In this document: in pieces, positions 1 through 12,519 of the stretch
Layout: each line of letters opens with the position of its first letter
Numbering within the stretch: the first letter of the stretch is position 1
From: Eukaryota sp. TZLM1-RC
Lineage: Eukaryota; Protista; Metamonada: BaSk clade
Reading direction: 5' to 3'
DNA: 64,000 nucleotides
Assembly (NCBI GenBank): GCA_040285825.1
Contig: JAUPSS010000003.1
Coordinates: forward strand, 3,348,001 to 3,412,000
Translations under genes and position numbers: made by a program
The notes under the pieces: model-generated
Told to the model about the DNA's origin: nothing
Seen by the model: only the letters and a program-made list of their open reading frames with translations
Database searches by the model: none

Positions 1-366
1 ATATGGACAAGTTTTTCAATTACCTTCTTACACCAAATTACAGTCATCTGTGGGACCACGAGTGGTCATTAGTGTAAAAGACGGAATTAAAAAGAGTGTT
101 GGTGCTCATCCACCACATACTTAATTTTTCAATCAGTTTTTGATGAGTTTCTGAATAAATGTTAGGTTTTGTTATCTTATGGTGAATTGAAAAGTTACCT
201 TACTTGAAGAGGATTTCGTAAATAGAATGTTCTCTATTAAAATGTACAACATGTTTGTCAAACCAAATAATGATGACTCTACTTTATCAAAAAAAGATTC
301 TTTAAAGTAAAGTAAAGTAAAGTAAAGTAAAGTGCTTAAAGTACTTTACCACTTTAGTTATCCCTG
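1..366 (-). mobile_element. Possible end of a hAT-like DNA transposon with a subterminal (AAGTA)n array
   Basis: The minus strand from 366 begins CAGGGATAACTAAAGTGG (CAGGG is a common hAT TIR start), followed by tandem TTTAC repeats at about 304-333. The other end is not in the window. Confidence 0.3.
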
Positions 367-658
367 ACTAAAAACTTTCCCCTTCCTCCCACTGTGAGTA
401 TTTGTCGGATGGAGTGCCAAGAATTTTCAGAAGAAATCGGATTTATGTAGGTGAGAACAAAAAAATATAAAGATAAATTTAGACAAGAAATTAATGAAAC
501 TAAAAAATGTTTTATTGCTATATCAGATGTTATCCCTTCTGAGGAACACGTGTTAATTCAAAACGGTTTGAGTAATCTTCAACTTCCAAAAAACCTCATT
601 CCCTCCACATCAGTGTTACGGGACATCTATTCCACTGTTATAGACAACATCTTTAACC

Positions 659-3388
659 ATGGCACTTCCTCAACAATGGCGAAGGTTCAATTTCTTTACT
701 AAGAAGGACAACATTCATGCTTCAACTGTTGGTTCTTATCTTCAAAACATTGATATTATGTGTGTAGCTACTTGTAAAGGTCTCTTATTCTTTGGTGATT
801 CTAAAGGATCTATTCATTTCTGCGATCGCTCTTACCGTTTCACATCCTTCCGTGCACACGAAGGCGCTGTCTGTTCTATAATCACCCCTCAAACCTCCAA
901 TTGCATCATTACCGCTGGGTGTGACGAAGAGGGCAGGGAGTGGAAGGTCAGTATATGGTCCCTGAGACAAACAAATCCGTCCGGACATCCGTCACTTCTC
1001 CGCAAGCTCAACGTCTCCTCCACCACGGATGTCTCCCAACCAATCACTCGTCTTTGCACCAGTGAGGATATGAGTCACTTAGCCGTGGCCCTCGCAAATG
1101 GTAGTATTATTCTCTTTCATGGTGATCTTCTGAAGGATAGAAAAGTAAGTGGGAAGAACATTTATGAAGGTGATTCTCCTGCTACTGGTCTTTCTTTTCA
1201 AAAGCTTCCCAACAATGAGGGCTATGGGTTGTTTGCTTCCACTCGGTCTTCAGTGGTCTTGTTCAAGATCACGTCATCCAACGTCATCAAAGTGGATCTT
1301 GAGAACCCCAAAGCCAAGATTGGTTGCCCCTCTGGTTGCTCCACATTCCTTCGTCACAACCAAGAGTTTGCTGTAGCCACAGAATCTGTTGTCTGGTATT
1401 ATGGGCTTGATGGGAAGCATGGTGCCTCTTTCTTTGAGGGTCCTAAGCGGTTAATAACCTCATTCAGACAATATTTAGTCATTTTAACCCCTCCTGAAAG
1501 AAACAGCTGTGTGTTAGGTATCTATGATTTAAAAAACCAATGTGTGGTTTATTACGATCAAAAGATTGGTGAGGCGAGGTTTGTTTTTTCCGAATGGGGT
1601 TTCTTGTTTGTTTTGACATCAAGTAAGCAACTAATTCAACTGGAAGAAAAAGATCTAACAACGAAATTGGATCTTTTGTACAAAAAGTCTTGGTTTGAAG
1701 CAGCTATTTCCCTTGCCCGACAATCAGTTTCCGATCACGATCTGATTGCTGACGTTTACAGACGTTATGGTGATCATTTGTATAGAAAGGGTGACTATTC
1801 CGCCGCAATGAACAAATACTTGCAAACTATCGGTGGCTTAGAACCAAGCTACGTTATCAGAAGATTCTTGAATGGCCAGTTAATTGTTCATTTAGCAAAG
1901 TATTTAAAGTCACTACACGACAGAAAGCTGGCTAATTCTGATCATACTTCTTTGTTATTGAATTGTTATACTAAATTGAAAAATGTAAAAGGTAATTCAA
2001 AAGATTTGAAAGATTTTATCGAAACAAACAACACCTTTGATGTTGGGACTGCTATCCAAGTGTTTTTGTCCAGCGAGTACTGTGAATATGCTCTGTTCTT
2101 GGCTAAGAAGCATGGCTATCACATCTGGGTCGTCAAGATTCTCGTTGACTTTTACAATGATCACGTGGGAGTTTTGAACTATATTAGAGATGCAATGACC
2201 AGTGATCCTAAATCAGTTGGTGATGTTTTGGTCAATTATGGTAGGACTCTTGTTAATTCCTGTCCCGATGACGTTACCAAGTTGCTGATTGAGTTTTGCA
2301 CCGGTAAACTTTCCGCTACACCTCATCATTTGATTGAGGATTTTCTGCCCATTTTCATTGCACATCCTAAACATTTAATTAAATTGCTTGAATGTTTATT
2401 GCCCCACACTAGTGAAACAGCCGTTGTCGTCAATACCTTGCTTGAGCTCTATTTGTCAATGCTGACAAGTGATGACCAGAATGAAAGTGGTTGGGCTGGG
2501 AAAATTATCAAGTTGCTAAAGGAATATAATGGTGATTTTGAAGTTGAAAGAGCTTTTATTTTGTTAAAAAGAAGTAATTTTAAACCAGGCTTACTGTTCC
2601 TTTACCAACAGCTCAATATGTTAACAGAAGTCGCCAGAATTCTTGTTGATGACCAATCCGATGATGCCCTGTTGGCATTGTGTCAAGAGCATGGCAAAAA
2701 GGATCACTCTCTTTGGTTTCCCGCCCTTCAAAGGTTCTCCAAGGCAAGTTCTAATCATTATTTAGAGAAGGCTTTGAATTCTTTAGCAGGGGTGTCGGAA
2801 ATTCCTCCGTTGAATATCCTGAAAATTTTGGCTACTTCAACCGATACTCCACTTTCTATTGTTAAAAACTATGTCATTGAACTCGTCAAAAGGGATCAAC
2901 GAAAAATCAGCGAGGATGAGGCAGAAATTTCCAGAATCAAAAACCAAATTTCTATAATGGAAGACCAATTAGCAACATTAAAAACCAAACCTCAAATTTT
3001 CCAATCATCAAAGTGTTTACTCTGCACGCAGCCACTCTCCCTGCCAGCTACTCATTTCCTCTGCTCACATTCCTTTCATAGTAATTGTTTAGGAGATAAT
3101 GACCATAGATGTCCTATTTGTGCTGATGAACAAGACCAGAAGCTAGCAATGATCAAAACTGGTAGGTTAACCATGGACGAGATTCAACAATTCTTCAAGC
3201 AACTCGATGTTCGGGGGTTCGCGACCGTACCTTCGTTTATTTCAAGAGGAGTATTTTCTCGGTCCACAACATGTGATGAACCTGTGTTAATGTCACCTGT
3301 TTTTAATGACGATAATGACACTGTTGGTGATTTCTCACCATATCAGAAAGAAAGAGAGATTGAACACTTGGATTGGGATTTTCAGTGA
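659..3388 (+). CDS. VPS11: Vacuolar protein sorting 11 (CORVET/HOPS core subunit)
   Basis: 909 aa. N-terminal QWRRFNFF, beta-propeller, YGDHLYRKGDYSAAMNKYLQTIGGLEPSYVIRRFL clathrin-repeat motif, C-terminal RING (CLLC..HFLCSHSFH..C..CPIC). Confidence 0.96.
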   Translation: MALPQQWRRFNFFTKKDNIHASTVGSYLQNIDIMCVATCKGLLFFGDSKGSIHFCDRSYRFTSFRAHEGAVCSIITPQTSNCIITAGCDEEGREWKVSIWSLRQTNPSGHPSLLRKLNVSSTTDVSQPITRLCTSEDMSHLAVALANGSIILFHGDLLKDRKVSGKNIYEGDSPATGLSFQKLPNNEGYGLFASTRSSVVLFKITSSNVIKVDLENPKAKIGCPSGCSTFLRHNQEFAVATESVVWYYGLDGKHGASFFEGPKRLITSFRQYLVILTPPERNSCVLGIYDLKNQCVVYYDQKIGEARFVFSEWGFLFVLTSSKQLIQLEEKDLTTKLDLLYKKSWFEAAISLARQSVSDHDLIADVYRRYGDHLYRKGDYSAAMNKYLQTIGGLEPSYVIRRFLNGQLIVHLAKYLKSLHDRKLANSDHTSLLLNCYTKLKNVKGNSKDLKDFIETNNTFDVGTAIQVFLSSEYCEYALFLAKKHGYHIWVVKILVDFYNDHVGVLNYIRDAMTSDPKSVGDVLVNYGRTLVNSCPDDVTKLLIEFCTGKLSATPHHLIEDFLPIFIAHPKHLIKLLECLLPHTSETAVVVNTLLELYLSMLTSDDQNESGWAGKIIKLLKEYNGDFEVERAFILLKRSNFKPGLLFLYQQLNMLTEVARILVDDQSDDALLALCQEHGKKDHSLWFPALQRFSKASSNHYLEKALNSLAGVSEIPPLNILKILATSTDTPLSIVKNYVIELVKRDQRKISEDEAEISRIKNQISIMEDQLATLKTKPQIFQSSKCLLCTQPLSLPATHFLCSHSFHSNCLGDNDHRCPICADEQDQKLAMIKTGRLTMDEIQQFFKQLDVRGFATVPSFISRGVFSRSTTCDEPVLMSPVFNDDNDTVGDFSPYQKEREIEHLDWDFQ

Positions 3389-4965
3389 TGTAATTAATTT
3401 GTATTTATTTATAAAGATTTATTAGCGATTGTTTTTTTTTCATTCTTTTGTACTTTATTTTTTAAATCAATTTCGTATCATAATGCTTGGATCTAAGGGA
3501 TGCCTTATAGGTGTTAGTGGTTACACTATTTTAGAGTGTATTTTGACTTAGCTACTTAGCTATTTGTTTTAATTGGTTTAATATAGTGTTCAGTCAGTGG
3601 AGACTTCACTAGTGATGGTATTATATATGGACAAATACGATGATTTGGACTCATCTCTCACTGAAGCAGAATTTATAAGAAAAGTTGATATTCAATGAAA
3701 AAGAAATTCCAAAGGTTTTTGGAAGTGTCCAAAAGTTATTTTAACCTAAATAATGGTTAACTTCAATCAACTTGATAGTCATCAATGCCAAAAAAATAAA
3801 ACATTATAACTAGATGAACAATTGAATACCTTATTTTCTAGATCTTAAAATTGACAATAGCGAATTGAGAATGACCAGACTTAAAGTCAGAATTAACATA
3901 AATCTAAGATATGCGAGATGATTATGGTAGATCATATCACCAAAAACACTAGAATTCTCGGTTGTAAAGATAATGAAATTGTTTTTTGGCATTTTAACTG
4001 CCAAGAAAAGTAGTGCTTCCATGTCAATTTTGTCAACAAAAGATACTTAGTATTGTGTACATGCTTAAGAGCATCATTGTTTTATGAAGAATGGAAGACG
4101 TTACTTATTGGAACAAACCTCAAAAACAAATTTTGCATTTCGAAATCAAAAGAACGGCACTCACTGAACTGAAGATGTATCTACATCAGCCTCTAGCTAC
4201 TGCTGATCCCGATTTTTTTATGAAGATATAATTTTCAAGATATTATTTGCAAATAGGGCAATTTGGCTTAAAAAGCTGAGTACTGTGGGTCAGAAAACGA
4301 GGTTTAAAACAATAAAACGGTTTGGTTTGGTTTTGGTTTCTCAAAAAATCGAGCCATTTACACTTCGAGAAAATTAAGAAAAAAATTGTATTGCTGTCTC
4401 ATTTTTGTAAATATGTTCTTTTTTTGGTTTTTTTAGTTGGTAAGACATTATATTTTATCAACACCGCTATACCTGACCCTCTTCTGTTGCTGGTGTCTGT
4501 TATTTCATAAATGCCTATAATAGAGTGAAGCGTGGTGCTATTGTTGAAGCACTTCAACATTCCCCTGTGTTGGCAGAAGTAGCTCATTTGTTTGAATTTT
4601 TATATTCTGCTTATTCACATTTAGTTGTGAAAACTGATTCTATTTCTTCGTGTTCCTCGTGAATTTTTGGTACCATTGGAAGTAAAGGTCTCAATTCTTG
4701 AGATGCTTTAGGAAAACCTTTCAAAGAAAGTGGTCGTACATTTATATTAACTCCATTTTGAATAACATTACGTACTTTCTAACATGCGAGTTGCTATTCA
4801 AGCGAATAGCGAAAATCTCCGTTTCAATCAGTTGATGGGGTTATTAGGAGGTTAAAGTATTAGTCAATTTTTGGTTGAATTTCTTGGTTGAATTTTAAAA
4901 TGTGACTGTTCCCGTAACAGATTTAATTATATAAGAAAATTACATTAATCTTACACCATACAGTC

Positions 4966-6159
4966 ATGAGTTTTCGGCAACTCAAGAGCTTATCAGAACA
5001 CTTACGATCATTAGGTTTCCCTAAACATGTACATACAGATTGTTTTAGAACCCCCAACTTCAATCTTCTTGCACAGATTGCTGTTTTCTTAGCTAAACGT
5101 TTAGATCCGTCTTCATCTATTCCACAAGACACTGAAACAGAATCCGACAGAATCTTCCTAGTAAAATCCTTTACACAGATTGCCTTTTCATCTGCTTCTG
5201 TCAAGTTAAACCCTTCCAAGTTGTACTCATCTGATTTAGAATGCGTGCCTGAACTCCTCAAGGTTTCTAATGTCTGTTACAATGCACTCCGGCTCTCCAA
5301 CCAGTCTTTTCAAGCTCCTCCCTCTTCCCTGATATCCACACTCACAGCCAAACTTGATGAAATAAAAATGCTGACGACCATCTCAGTAGACGTTCCATCA
5401 CGAGTAGTGAAGCTCATGAATCTTGTGGAAAAGGAAGAGGAGAATGCGGTGAAGAGAAGGAATGTTGCCGTTGCTGAAATTGATATTGCACGTTGTGAGT
5501 CGCTTGTTCGAAACTCTATTCAAAATTTGGCAACAAACACTCGAGAAACTAAAGCTCTGGTTCAAAACTATGACAACGAGATCAAAATGATTGATGAAAA
5601 GGTCAAAAACCGTAAGACTGAGCTTGAACGGAGCCAGAAAAGACTTAATGGACTCAAAACAGTTCGTCCTTCTTTCATGGATGACCTAATTAAACTTCAA
5701 GATGAAATTCGTTCTGATTACGATCAATATGTAACTCTTCATCGTAATCTCCATTGCTTTGAGAATGAAGTTTCTGGATTGATTAGAACTGAAAACAATT
5801 TGCTGCTAGAGCAACAGCGCAAACTGAAGAAGTTAAAGAGTCAACACAATCAGACTCATTTGAAACATCTTAGAGAAGATTCGGAAAGTGACCGGTCAGA
5901 TATTTTGACTTCGGAAGAAGATGATGTGATTGATGACGTGATTGATGATAATGATGATGCTTTATCGGCTATTTCTGACACTGTAACACGTGTTCATGGT
6001 TCGTTAGAACTATTGGATAATCAATCATCAAGCGAAGAGGAGCCCAGTGAAGAAAGTAATCAAGATTTGATTGGTGATTCTAGTGATGATGCAGAGTTTC
6101 TCAATTCAGATGATGATGACGTTTATTTGTATGGTGATTCAATGGATGAAGGAATTTGA
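4966..6159 (+). CDS. CLUAP1: Clusterin-associated protein 1 / IFT38
   Basis: MSFRQL..LRSLGFP..FRTPNFNL, TESDRIFLVKS, KLNPSKLY, ELERSQKRLNGLKTVRPSFMDD, acidic tail. Confidence 0.93.
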   Translation: MSFRQLKSLSEHLRSLGFPKHVHTDCFRTPNFNLLAQIAVFLAKRLDPSSSIPQDTETESDRIFLVKSFTQIAFSSASVKLNPSKLYSSDLECVPELLKVSNVCYNALRLSNQSFQAPPSSLISTLTAKLDEIKMLTTISVDVPSRVVKLMNLVEKEEENAVKRRNVAVAEIDIARCESLVRNSIQNLATNTRETKALVQNYDNEIKMIDEKVKNRKTELERSQKRLNGLKTVRPSFMDDLIKLQDEIRSDYDQYVTLHRNLHCFENEVSGLIRTENNLLLEQQRKLKKLKSQHNQTHLKHLREDSESDRSDILTSEEDDVIDDVIDDNDDALSAISDTVTRVHGSLELLDNQSSSEEEPSEESNQDLIGDSSDDAEFLNSDDDDVYLYGDSMDEGI

Positions 6160-6221
6160 TCAAAACTTTAATGAAAATAATTTAAATTTAAATGATTTAT
6201 TTGTACTATTATTAATAAAAC

Positions 6222-6926
6222 TTAACTTCTTCTACTCTTTTTCGACGACACCACTTCTACAAAGTCACTGCATAATCTTTTTCTGTTAGGAGGGGTGGTA
6301 ACAGTTTCGACACTGGTTTGTGATGACAAATCTTCAACAGTGTTCAAATCGTTCAGCAAGTATGAAACGTTACTGCACACTTCACCAGGTAACATGGATT
6401 CAAGTATATGAGGAACGTCATTGAGGAATTCATCTTCAAATGCAATCAGTTGAGAAGCAAGGTCCTTCAATTGTGCGTTGTTCATCATCCAAAACGATCT
6501 TGACTCAAGGGGGAGTGTCTCTGAATAAGAACAGTAACCGAGGGTGTTTTTGATAACTGTAGAAGAAGCAATAAAGTCAGAATCTCGGGCAAGAGTGGGC
6601 TGTGGATCGATAGTAGGGGGGAAGGTGGAATCTAAGATACTTAACCTCTTGATAATGAGTAATGGTTCATTAGGCAAGAGCAGAGGGAGTGCTGCTTCAA
6701 TTAAGACAAAATGTCCAACAGCTGAAGCCAAATCACAAAACGGATAAGATGTACATAAAGATGCTGAATTCGAAGCGAACAGCGCTGTGGCAGAATGACA
6801 GGCATCAGTGATCAGGAGTCTCCACTTATTGCCTTCAACACTGGCTGAATGCAATGCCACTTTGAAAGGTAACTCAACCCCGGGTTCTGAAAGCAGGAAT
6901 GGTTTCAAAGCAGACCTGTTTTCCAT
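6222..6926 (-). CDS. Hypothetical protein with an N-terminal OB fold, TPP1/Est3-like (or RPA70N-like)
   Basis: 234 aa from ATG 6926. LKPFL..WRLLITDACHSATALF..VGHFVLIE..LLIIKRLSIL matches the OB-fold pattern (L.PWI; l.sDg.h.i.a; G.li.i). Basic NLS-like C-terminus. Confidence 0.5.
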   Translation of the reverse strand: MENRSALKPFLLSEPGVELPFKVALHSASVEGNKWRLLITDACHSATALFASNSASLCTSYPFCDLASAVGHFVLIEAALPLLLPNEPLLIIKRLSILDSTFPPTIDPQPTLARDSDFIASSTVIKNTLGYCSYSETLPLESRSFWMMNNAQLKDLASQLIAFEDEFLNDVPHILESMLPGEVCSNVSYLLNDLNTVEDLSSQTSVETVTTPPNRKRLCSDFVEVVSSKKSRRS

Positions 6927-7009
6927 CACATCCGGGATATGTTGATATAAAATGTGTTTGTGCCTTTTGAGAACAAATTTTTTTGCATCTTTGAATGATC
7001 AATATCGTA

Positions 7010-10000
7010 TTTATTGAATTTGCACACTTGATTAAATTAAATCATAACTAATGAGACGACTATCATTAAACCAAGATTTCCTCTACAAAATCTTGATTTG
7101 CTTGCTGTCTAGCTAAAGCTTCTCTAATTCGATTGAAAAACCGCGATAATCTATTAATAATGGCAAATTGAATCCGTGAACGCCATAAAAAAATATCAAA
7201 TCTTTTCATTGTTATTTCTTTCACCATTTTTTGGAAGTCATCCAAAAAAGTTTCTGCTTCAACTGATAATCTTCCATTTATCGAAAATGGGAAAGCAATA
7301 AAAACCAGCTGTGTATTTCTATCGACATTTGCATCTTCAATTTCTTTATCATATTTTCTATGTTTTTCTTTTGCTTTAAAATCCAGAGCAGCCACAGGAT
7401 TAAGTTTTCTTCTGTGAACCAAAGTATCGTTTGCAACATTACATGAGACAAAGTCAACAATAGCTTCAGAATTATCAATCCAATCACAGTATACATCACC
7501 TCTATCATCAGAACCAAAATTATTCAGAGAAAGTGTTTCCTTCAGCAGGGGCTCTTTGATACACGATATCCTTGCAGTTTGTGCCATATTGAAAACAGTG
7601 TCTCTAACAGCATCATGTAATGAAGAACGATAAGTTATCAATTTAGAGCAATTTAGAGCATGGCGCAAAGTGAGTTGAGGTGAATTCCAACAAATACATT
7701 TTTCTTTTGATAATAATTGGTTAATGGGGATGTTCAAATATAATCTCATTTTTGTTACAAATGCTTCATTAGTGGCACACAATCCAAATCTTCGTGGTAC
7801 AATGGTTACAAAAAGTGAAGAATCTGACGCCTTGTTTTCACAAACACCTTTTTCCAATAACAATGAGTGAAGATCTTGATTTAAAACAGCCGAGCTGCAA
7901 ATATTATTATAAAGATCTTTTTCATACATTCCAGTCAATCTTTTCTGTAATGTTCGAAGAGTGTACTTCAAATTTAAAACATTTTTTTCTGGAATATTGC
8001 CATTGAATGATTGGGGAAAACATCGACCCCATTTTTCTACATCAATTCTTGAAATTTCTTCATTTAATGCAAAAACAGTGGAACTTTGCGTTGTCATCAA
8101 TAAATCTTCCCAATCTGCAAATCTTTCGGAAAACTCAAAGATTGCATTTCTGCATCCACCAACAAAAGCACACGAGGTAAGAATAGAAGCCTTCGTCCAC
8201 CCTAAACCACCATAATGTGGACTAAGGTAAGCATGATCTGGAATTTGGAACATTTTACATCCCAGTAATTGAGACAGAACTTTTTCACGTAATTCATTAA
8301 ACCTTTGAGCCAAAGGTCTAGTGACGAGAGGATTTGTAGATCGAAATATATGATTAAAATTGGAACTAAAACACAGTCTTATAATGGTAAATTTGATGTG
8401 TTTTTTTATATCTAAATTCATCATTCGGTAAATTTTGTCAGAAATTGAGTTCAACTTTTCAAACAATTTTTTGGTAATTTCATCATTATTTCCTAAAAAC
8501 GAGCCCAAATTACGAATAGCATCAATTGAATATAATTTGGCTTGAATTTCAATATCATCAATTATTGTGCAAACTGGAGAATTCGATAACAAAACACAAG
8601 TAAATTAAGTCGGAGACCAATTTTGGTAAATAATTCTTTAAAACATACAGTTGCTTTTTTCACAATATTTAAATCACCAATAAGCACAACATCATCCATA
8701 TATGCAATCATTTTTAGTGAAGGAAACATCTCTTGAATTTGCAGTAGAATAGGATGAATGGCCAAACAAAACAAAAGAGGTCCTAACGGATCTCCTTGCT
8801 TTACGCCACTTGATGAACTCAAAATGTTGTTACCAAAATGTAAATTAGAATATGTGCAATATGTTGATTGAAAATTTGGTATTAATTCCGGCATATATTG
8901 CAATAGAGCACCATGGATACTGCGACGACTTAGTGAATTGAAAGCATTACTAAAATCCAATGACATGCAAACATTGGATTCATTTTGACGAAATAAGACA
9001 TCAGTAGCAAAAATCGCTGAAGAGACTCCATCTGTAGTATTTATACCATAATGAAAGGGTAATAAAATCTTTTTGGCTTTTTCATTGAACCTGCTTAAGC
9101 AACACGCAGAAAAAATATTGTGTAAGCTCTCAGAGACTGCAATAGGACGAACATCCATTTTTGAATTTTTGACAAGTGCAGTCAAACGAGAACTTCTTAA
9201 TTCTTTTGAATATTTGCGTTGACCAGATAATATTTGGTTGAAAAATTTGGTCAATAAACCAAGGCAATATTCTGAAGAAATAATCGCGGCTTTTACATGA
9301 TCAATAGTAATACCAGAAAGTCCGGCAGACTTACCACGAGGTCTCTTTTTGATAACCGAAAAAACTTCTGATGGCATCAATGGATAATTTTCCCAGTATG
9401 TGCCGTAAAACTTTTGATCCATTATAGGGTCTTCATAAGGATGAAGTATTTTCAGTTTATCGATTGTATTTTCATTGTTCGGTGCTTTAACTCCGGGACT
9501 TAAAGCTGACAAAGCCTTGGACCATTTGTTGTCAAAGCATTTGTCTTCAAAAATTTTACTTAATTTCTCGGATGACTGATTTCTCGGTGCTATATTAGTT
9601 AAATCTTCGGAAATATTAACGAAATTTTGTTCAAAAGGAGGACAAACAGAACCAAAAAATTCCCAAATAATATTGATAGCATACTTTTCTTTACATAATT
9701 GATCCAAAAATCTTTGAAAAACGAAAGCAAATTCATTGCATTTGGTCGGATGAATTTCTTGAGGTATTCTTATAGGAGGATGGTAGTTATCAACTATGCG
9801 GCATTTCAAGCAGCGATCAGAAGTTTTTCCTTTTGCATTTTTTCTAAAAGAAATACCACAAGTGTTGCAAGTTTTGTGCTTTAATCGGTTGCAAACTGGT
9901 TTTGCAACAATTTGTGGAGCATTATTTATGGGTTCTACCTTAAACTCTTTCCTTCTAATAAATTTTCTTTTACATTTTGTTTCAGAATTTGCCGCATCAT

Positions 10001-10360
10001 TTTTTCCAACATTGGGGCATGTTCGAGCATTATGTCCCTGTTGTCGACACTTTGAGCATCTGTAGGAGCGTGGCTTTGTTTTTGAACAAACTTTGTTTTC
10101 ATCGTGATTGTCTAAAAATTCTTGATCAGAATATTTTTTGTCCAAAAATGAAGAGAGAAGAGGTTGAGGAGGAGCGGTGGAAAAAACGTCTTGAGCATCT
10201 TGTTGACTATCGTTCTTTCTTTTGACTCCATTAGAATCAGAAACTGATTCAGGCATCAACAAGAAAGAATAGAAGCAATGATCTCGGTTCAGCCAGGTTT
10301 TAAGTTAAACGGTTATATGTAGAGGAAGAAAAAAAAATGATGTTAATCCTGAAAAATATA
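7010..10360 (-). mobile_element. CRE-like RLE non-LTR retrotransposon family A, copy 1 (near full length, one frameshift)
   Basis: ATG 10256. Zinc knuckle CSKCRQQGHNARTC; RT motifs VRPIAV, LDFSNAFNS, GVKQGDPLGPLLF, YMDD; RLE CIC..HALNC, LHDAVRD, KEP, RGD, D, KEKHRKY; stop 7066. A 4-nt deletion near 8598 splits a ~1064-aa ORF into 8562-10262 and 7066-8592. Confidence 0.93.
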
Positions 10361-10361
10361 T

Positions 10362-12515
10362 ACTTGTTGAATTTGCACACTTAATTAAATTAACTCATAA
10401 CTAATGGGACGACTATCATTGAACCAAGATTTCCTCTACAAAATCTTGATTTGCTTGCTGTCTAGCTAAAGCTTCTCTTATTCGATTGAAAGACCGAGGT
10501 AATCTATTAATAATGGCAAATTGAATTTGTGAACGCCATAAAAAATATCAAATGTTTTCATTGTTTTTTCTTGAACCATTTTTTGGAAGTGATTCAAAAA
10601 AGTTTCTGCGTCATCTGATAATCTTCCATTTATGGAAAATGGGAAAGCAATAAAAACTGGCTGTGTATTTCTATTAGCAATAGCCTTTTCAATATCTGTA
10701 TCACATTTTCTATGTTTTTCTTTTGCTTTCAAATCAAGAGCAGCCACAGGATTAAGTTTTCTTCTGTGAACTAAAGTATCATTTGCAACATTACATGAGA
10801 CAAAGTCAACAATAGCTTCAGAATTATCAATCCAATCACAATATACATCACCTCTATCATCAGAACCAAAATTGTTTAGAGAAAGTGTTTCCTTCAGCAG
10901 AGGCTCTTTGATACACGAAATTCTTGCAGTTTGTGCCATATTGAAAACAATGTCTCTAACAGCATCATGTAATGAAGAACGATAAGTTATCAATTTAGAA
11001 CAATTCAGAGCATGGCGCAAAGTGAGTTGAGGTGAATTCGAACAAATACATTTTTCTTTTGATAATAATTGATAAATGGGGATATTCAAATATAATCTCA
11101 TTTTTGTTACAAATGCTTCATAAGTGGCACACAATCCAAATCTTCGTGGTACAATGGTTACAAAAAGTGAAGAATCTGTTGACTTGTTTTCACAAACACC
11201 CTTTTCCAATATCAATGAGTGAAGATCTTGATTTAAATCAGACGAGCTGCATATATTATTATAAAGATCTTTTTCATACATTCCAGTCAATCGTTTCTGT
11301 AATGTTCGAAGAGTGTACTTCAAATTTAAAACATTTTTTTCTGGAATATTGCCATTGAATGATTGGGGAAAACATCGACCCCATTTTTCTACATCAATTC
11401 TTTAAATTTCTTCATTTAATGCAAAAACAGTGGAACTTTGCGTTGTCATCAATAAATCTTCCCAATCTGCAAATCTTTCGGAAAACTCAAAGATTGCATT
11501 TCTGCATCCACCAACAAAAGCACACGAGGTAAGAATAGAAGCCTTCGTCCACCCTAAACCACCATAATGTGGACTAAGGTAAGCATGATCTGGAATTTGG
11601 AACATTTTACATCCCAGTAATTGAGACAGAACTTTTTCACGTAATTCATTAAACCTTTGAGCCAAAGGTCTAGTGACGAGAGGATTTGTAGATCGAAATA
11701 TATGATTAAAAGTGGAACTAAAACACAGTCTTATAATTGTAAATTTGATGTGTTTTTTTATATCTAAATTCATCATTCGGTAAATTTTGTCAGAAATTGA
11801 GTTCAACTTTTCAAACAATTTTTTGGTAATTTCATCATTATTTCCTAAAAACGAACCCAAATTACGAATAGCATCAATTGAATATAATTTGGCTTGAATT
11901 TCAATATCATCAATTATTGTGCAAACTGGAGAATTCGATAACAAAACACAAGTAAATTAAGTCGGAGACCAATTTTGGTAAATAATTCTTTAAAACATAC
12001 AGTTGCTTGGTTTACAATACTTAAATCACCAATAATCACAACATCATCCATATATGCAATCATTTGTATCGAAGGAAACAGCTCTTGAATTTGCAATAAA
12101 ATAGGATGAATGGCCAAACAAAACAAAAGAGGTCCTAACGGATCCCCTTGCTTTACACCACTTGATGAACTCAAAATGCAATTAACAAAATAAATTAGAA
12201 AAAATTGTAAATTCAATATTAAATATTAAATATTCTAAATTAGAATATGTGCTATATGTTGATTGAAAATGCGGCATTAATTCAGGCATACATTGCAATA
12301 AAGCAACGTGGATACTGCGACGACTGAGTGAATTGACACTAAAATCCAATGACATACAACCATTGGATTCATTTTGGCGAAATAATACATCAGTAGCAAA
12401 TATCGCTGAAGAGACTCCATCAGTGGTATTAATCCCATATTGAAAGGGTAATAAAATCTTTTTTTTGCTTTCTCATTGAACCTACTCAAGCAACACGCAG
12501 AAACAATATTCTGTA
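10362..12515 (-). mobile_element. Family A copy 2, 5'-truncated and decayed, head-to-tail with copy 1
   Basis: Near-identical to 7010-9125. Several frameshifts (ORFs 10478-11323, 11402-11944, 11914-12216). Confidence 0.92.
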
Positions 12516-12519
12516 AATC

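Noticed and set aside
3600-4370. hAT transposase remnant (ELKMYLHQP..DPDFF; AAAACGGTTT-like repeats)
   Set aside because: Too decayed to support; no TIR pair or catalytic motif found.
8562-8620. Programmed ribosomal frameshift between the two family A ORFs
   Set aside because: Copy 3 has 4 extra nt here and a continuous ORF, and there is no slippery heptamer. It is a deletion.
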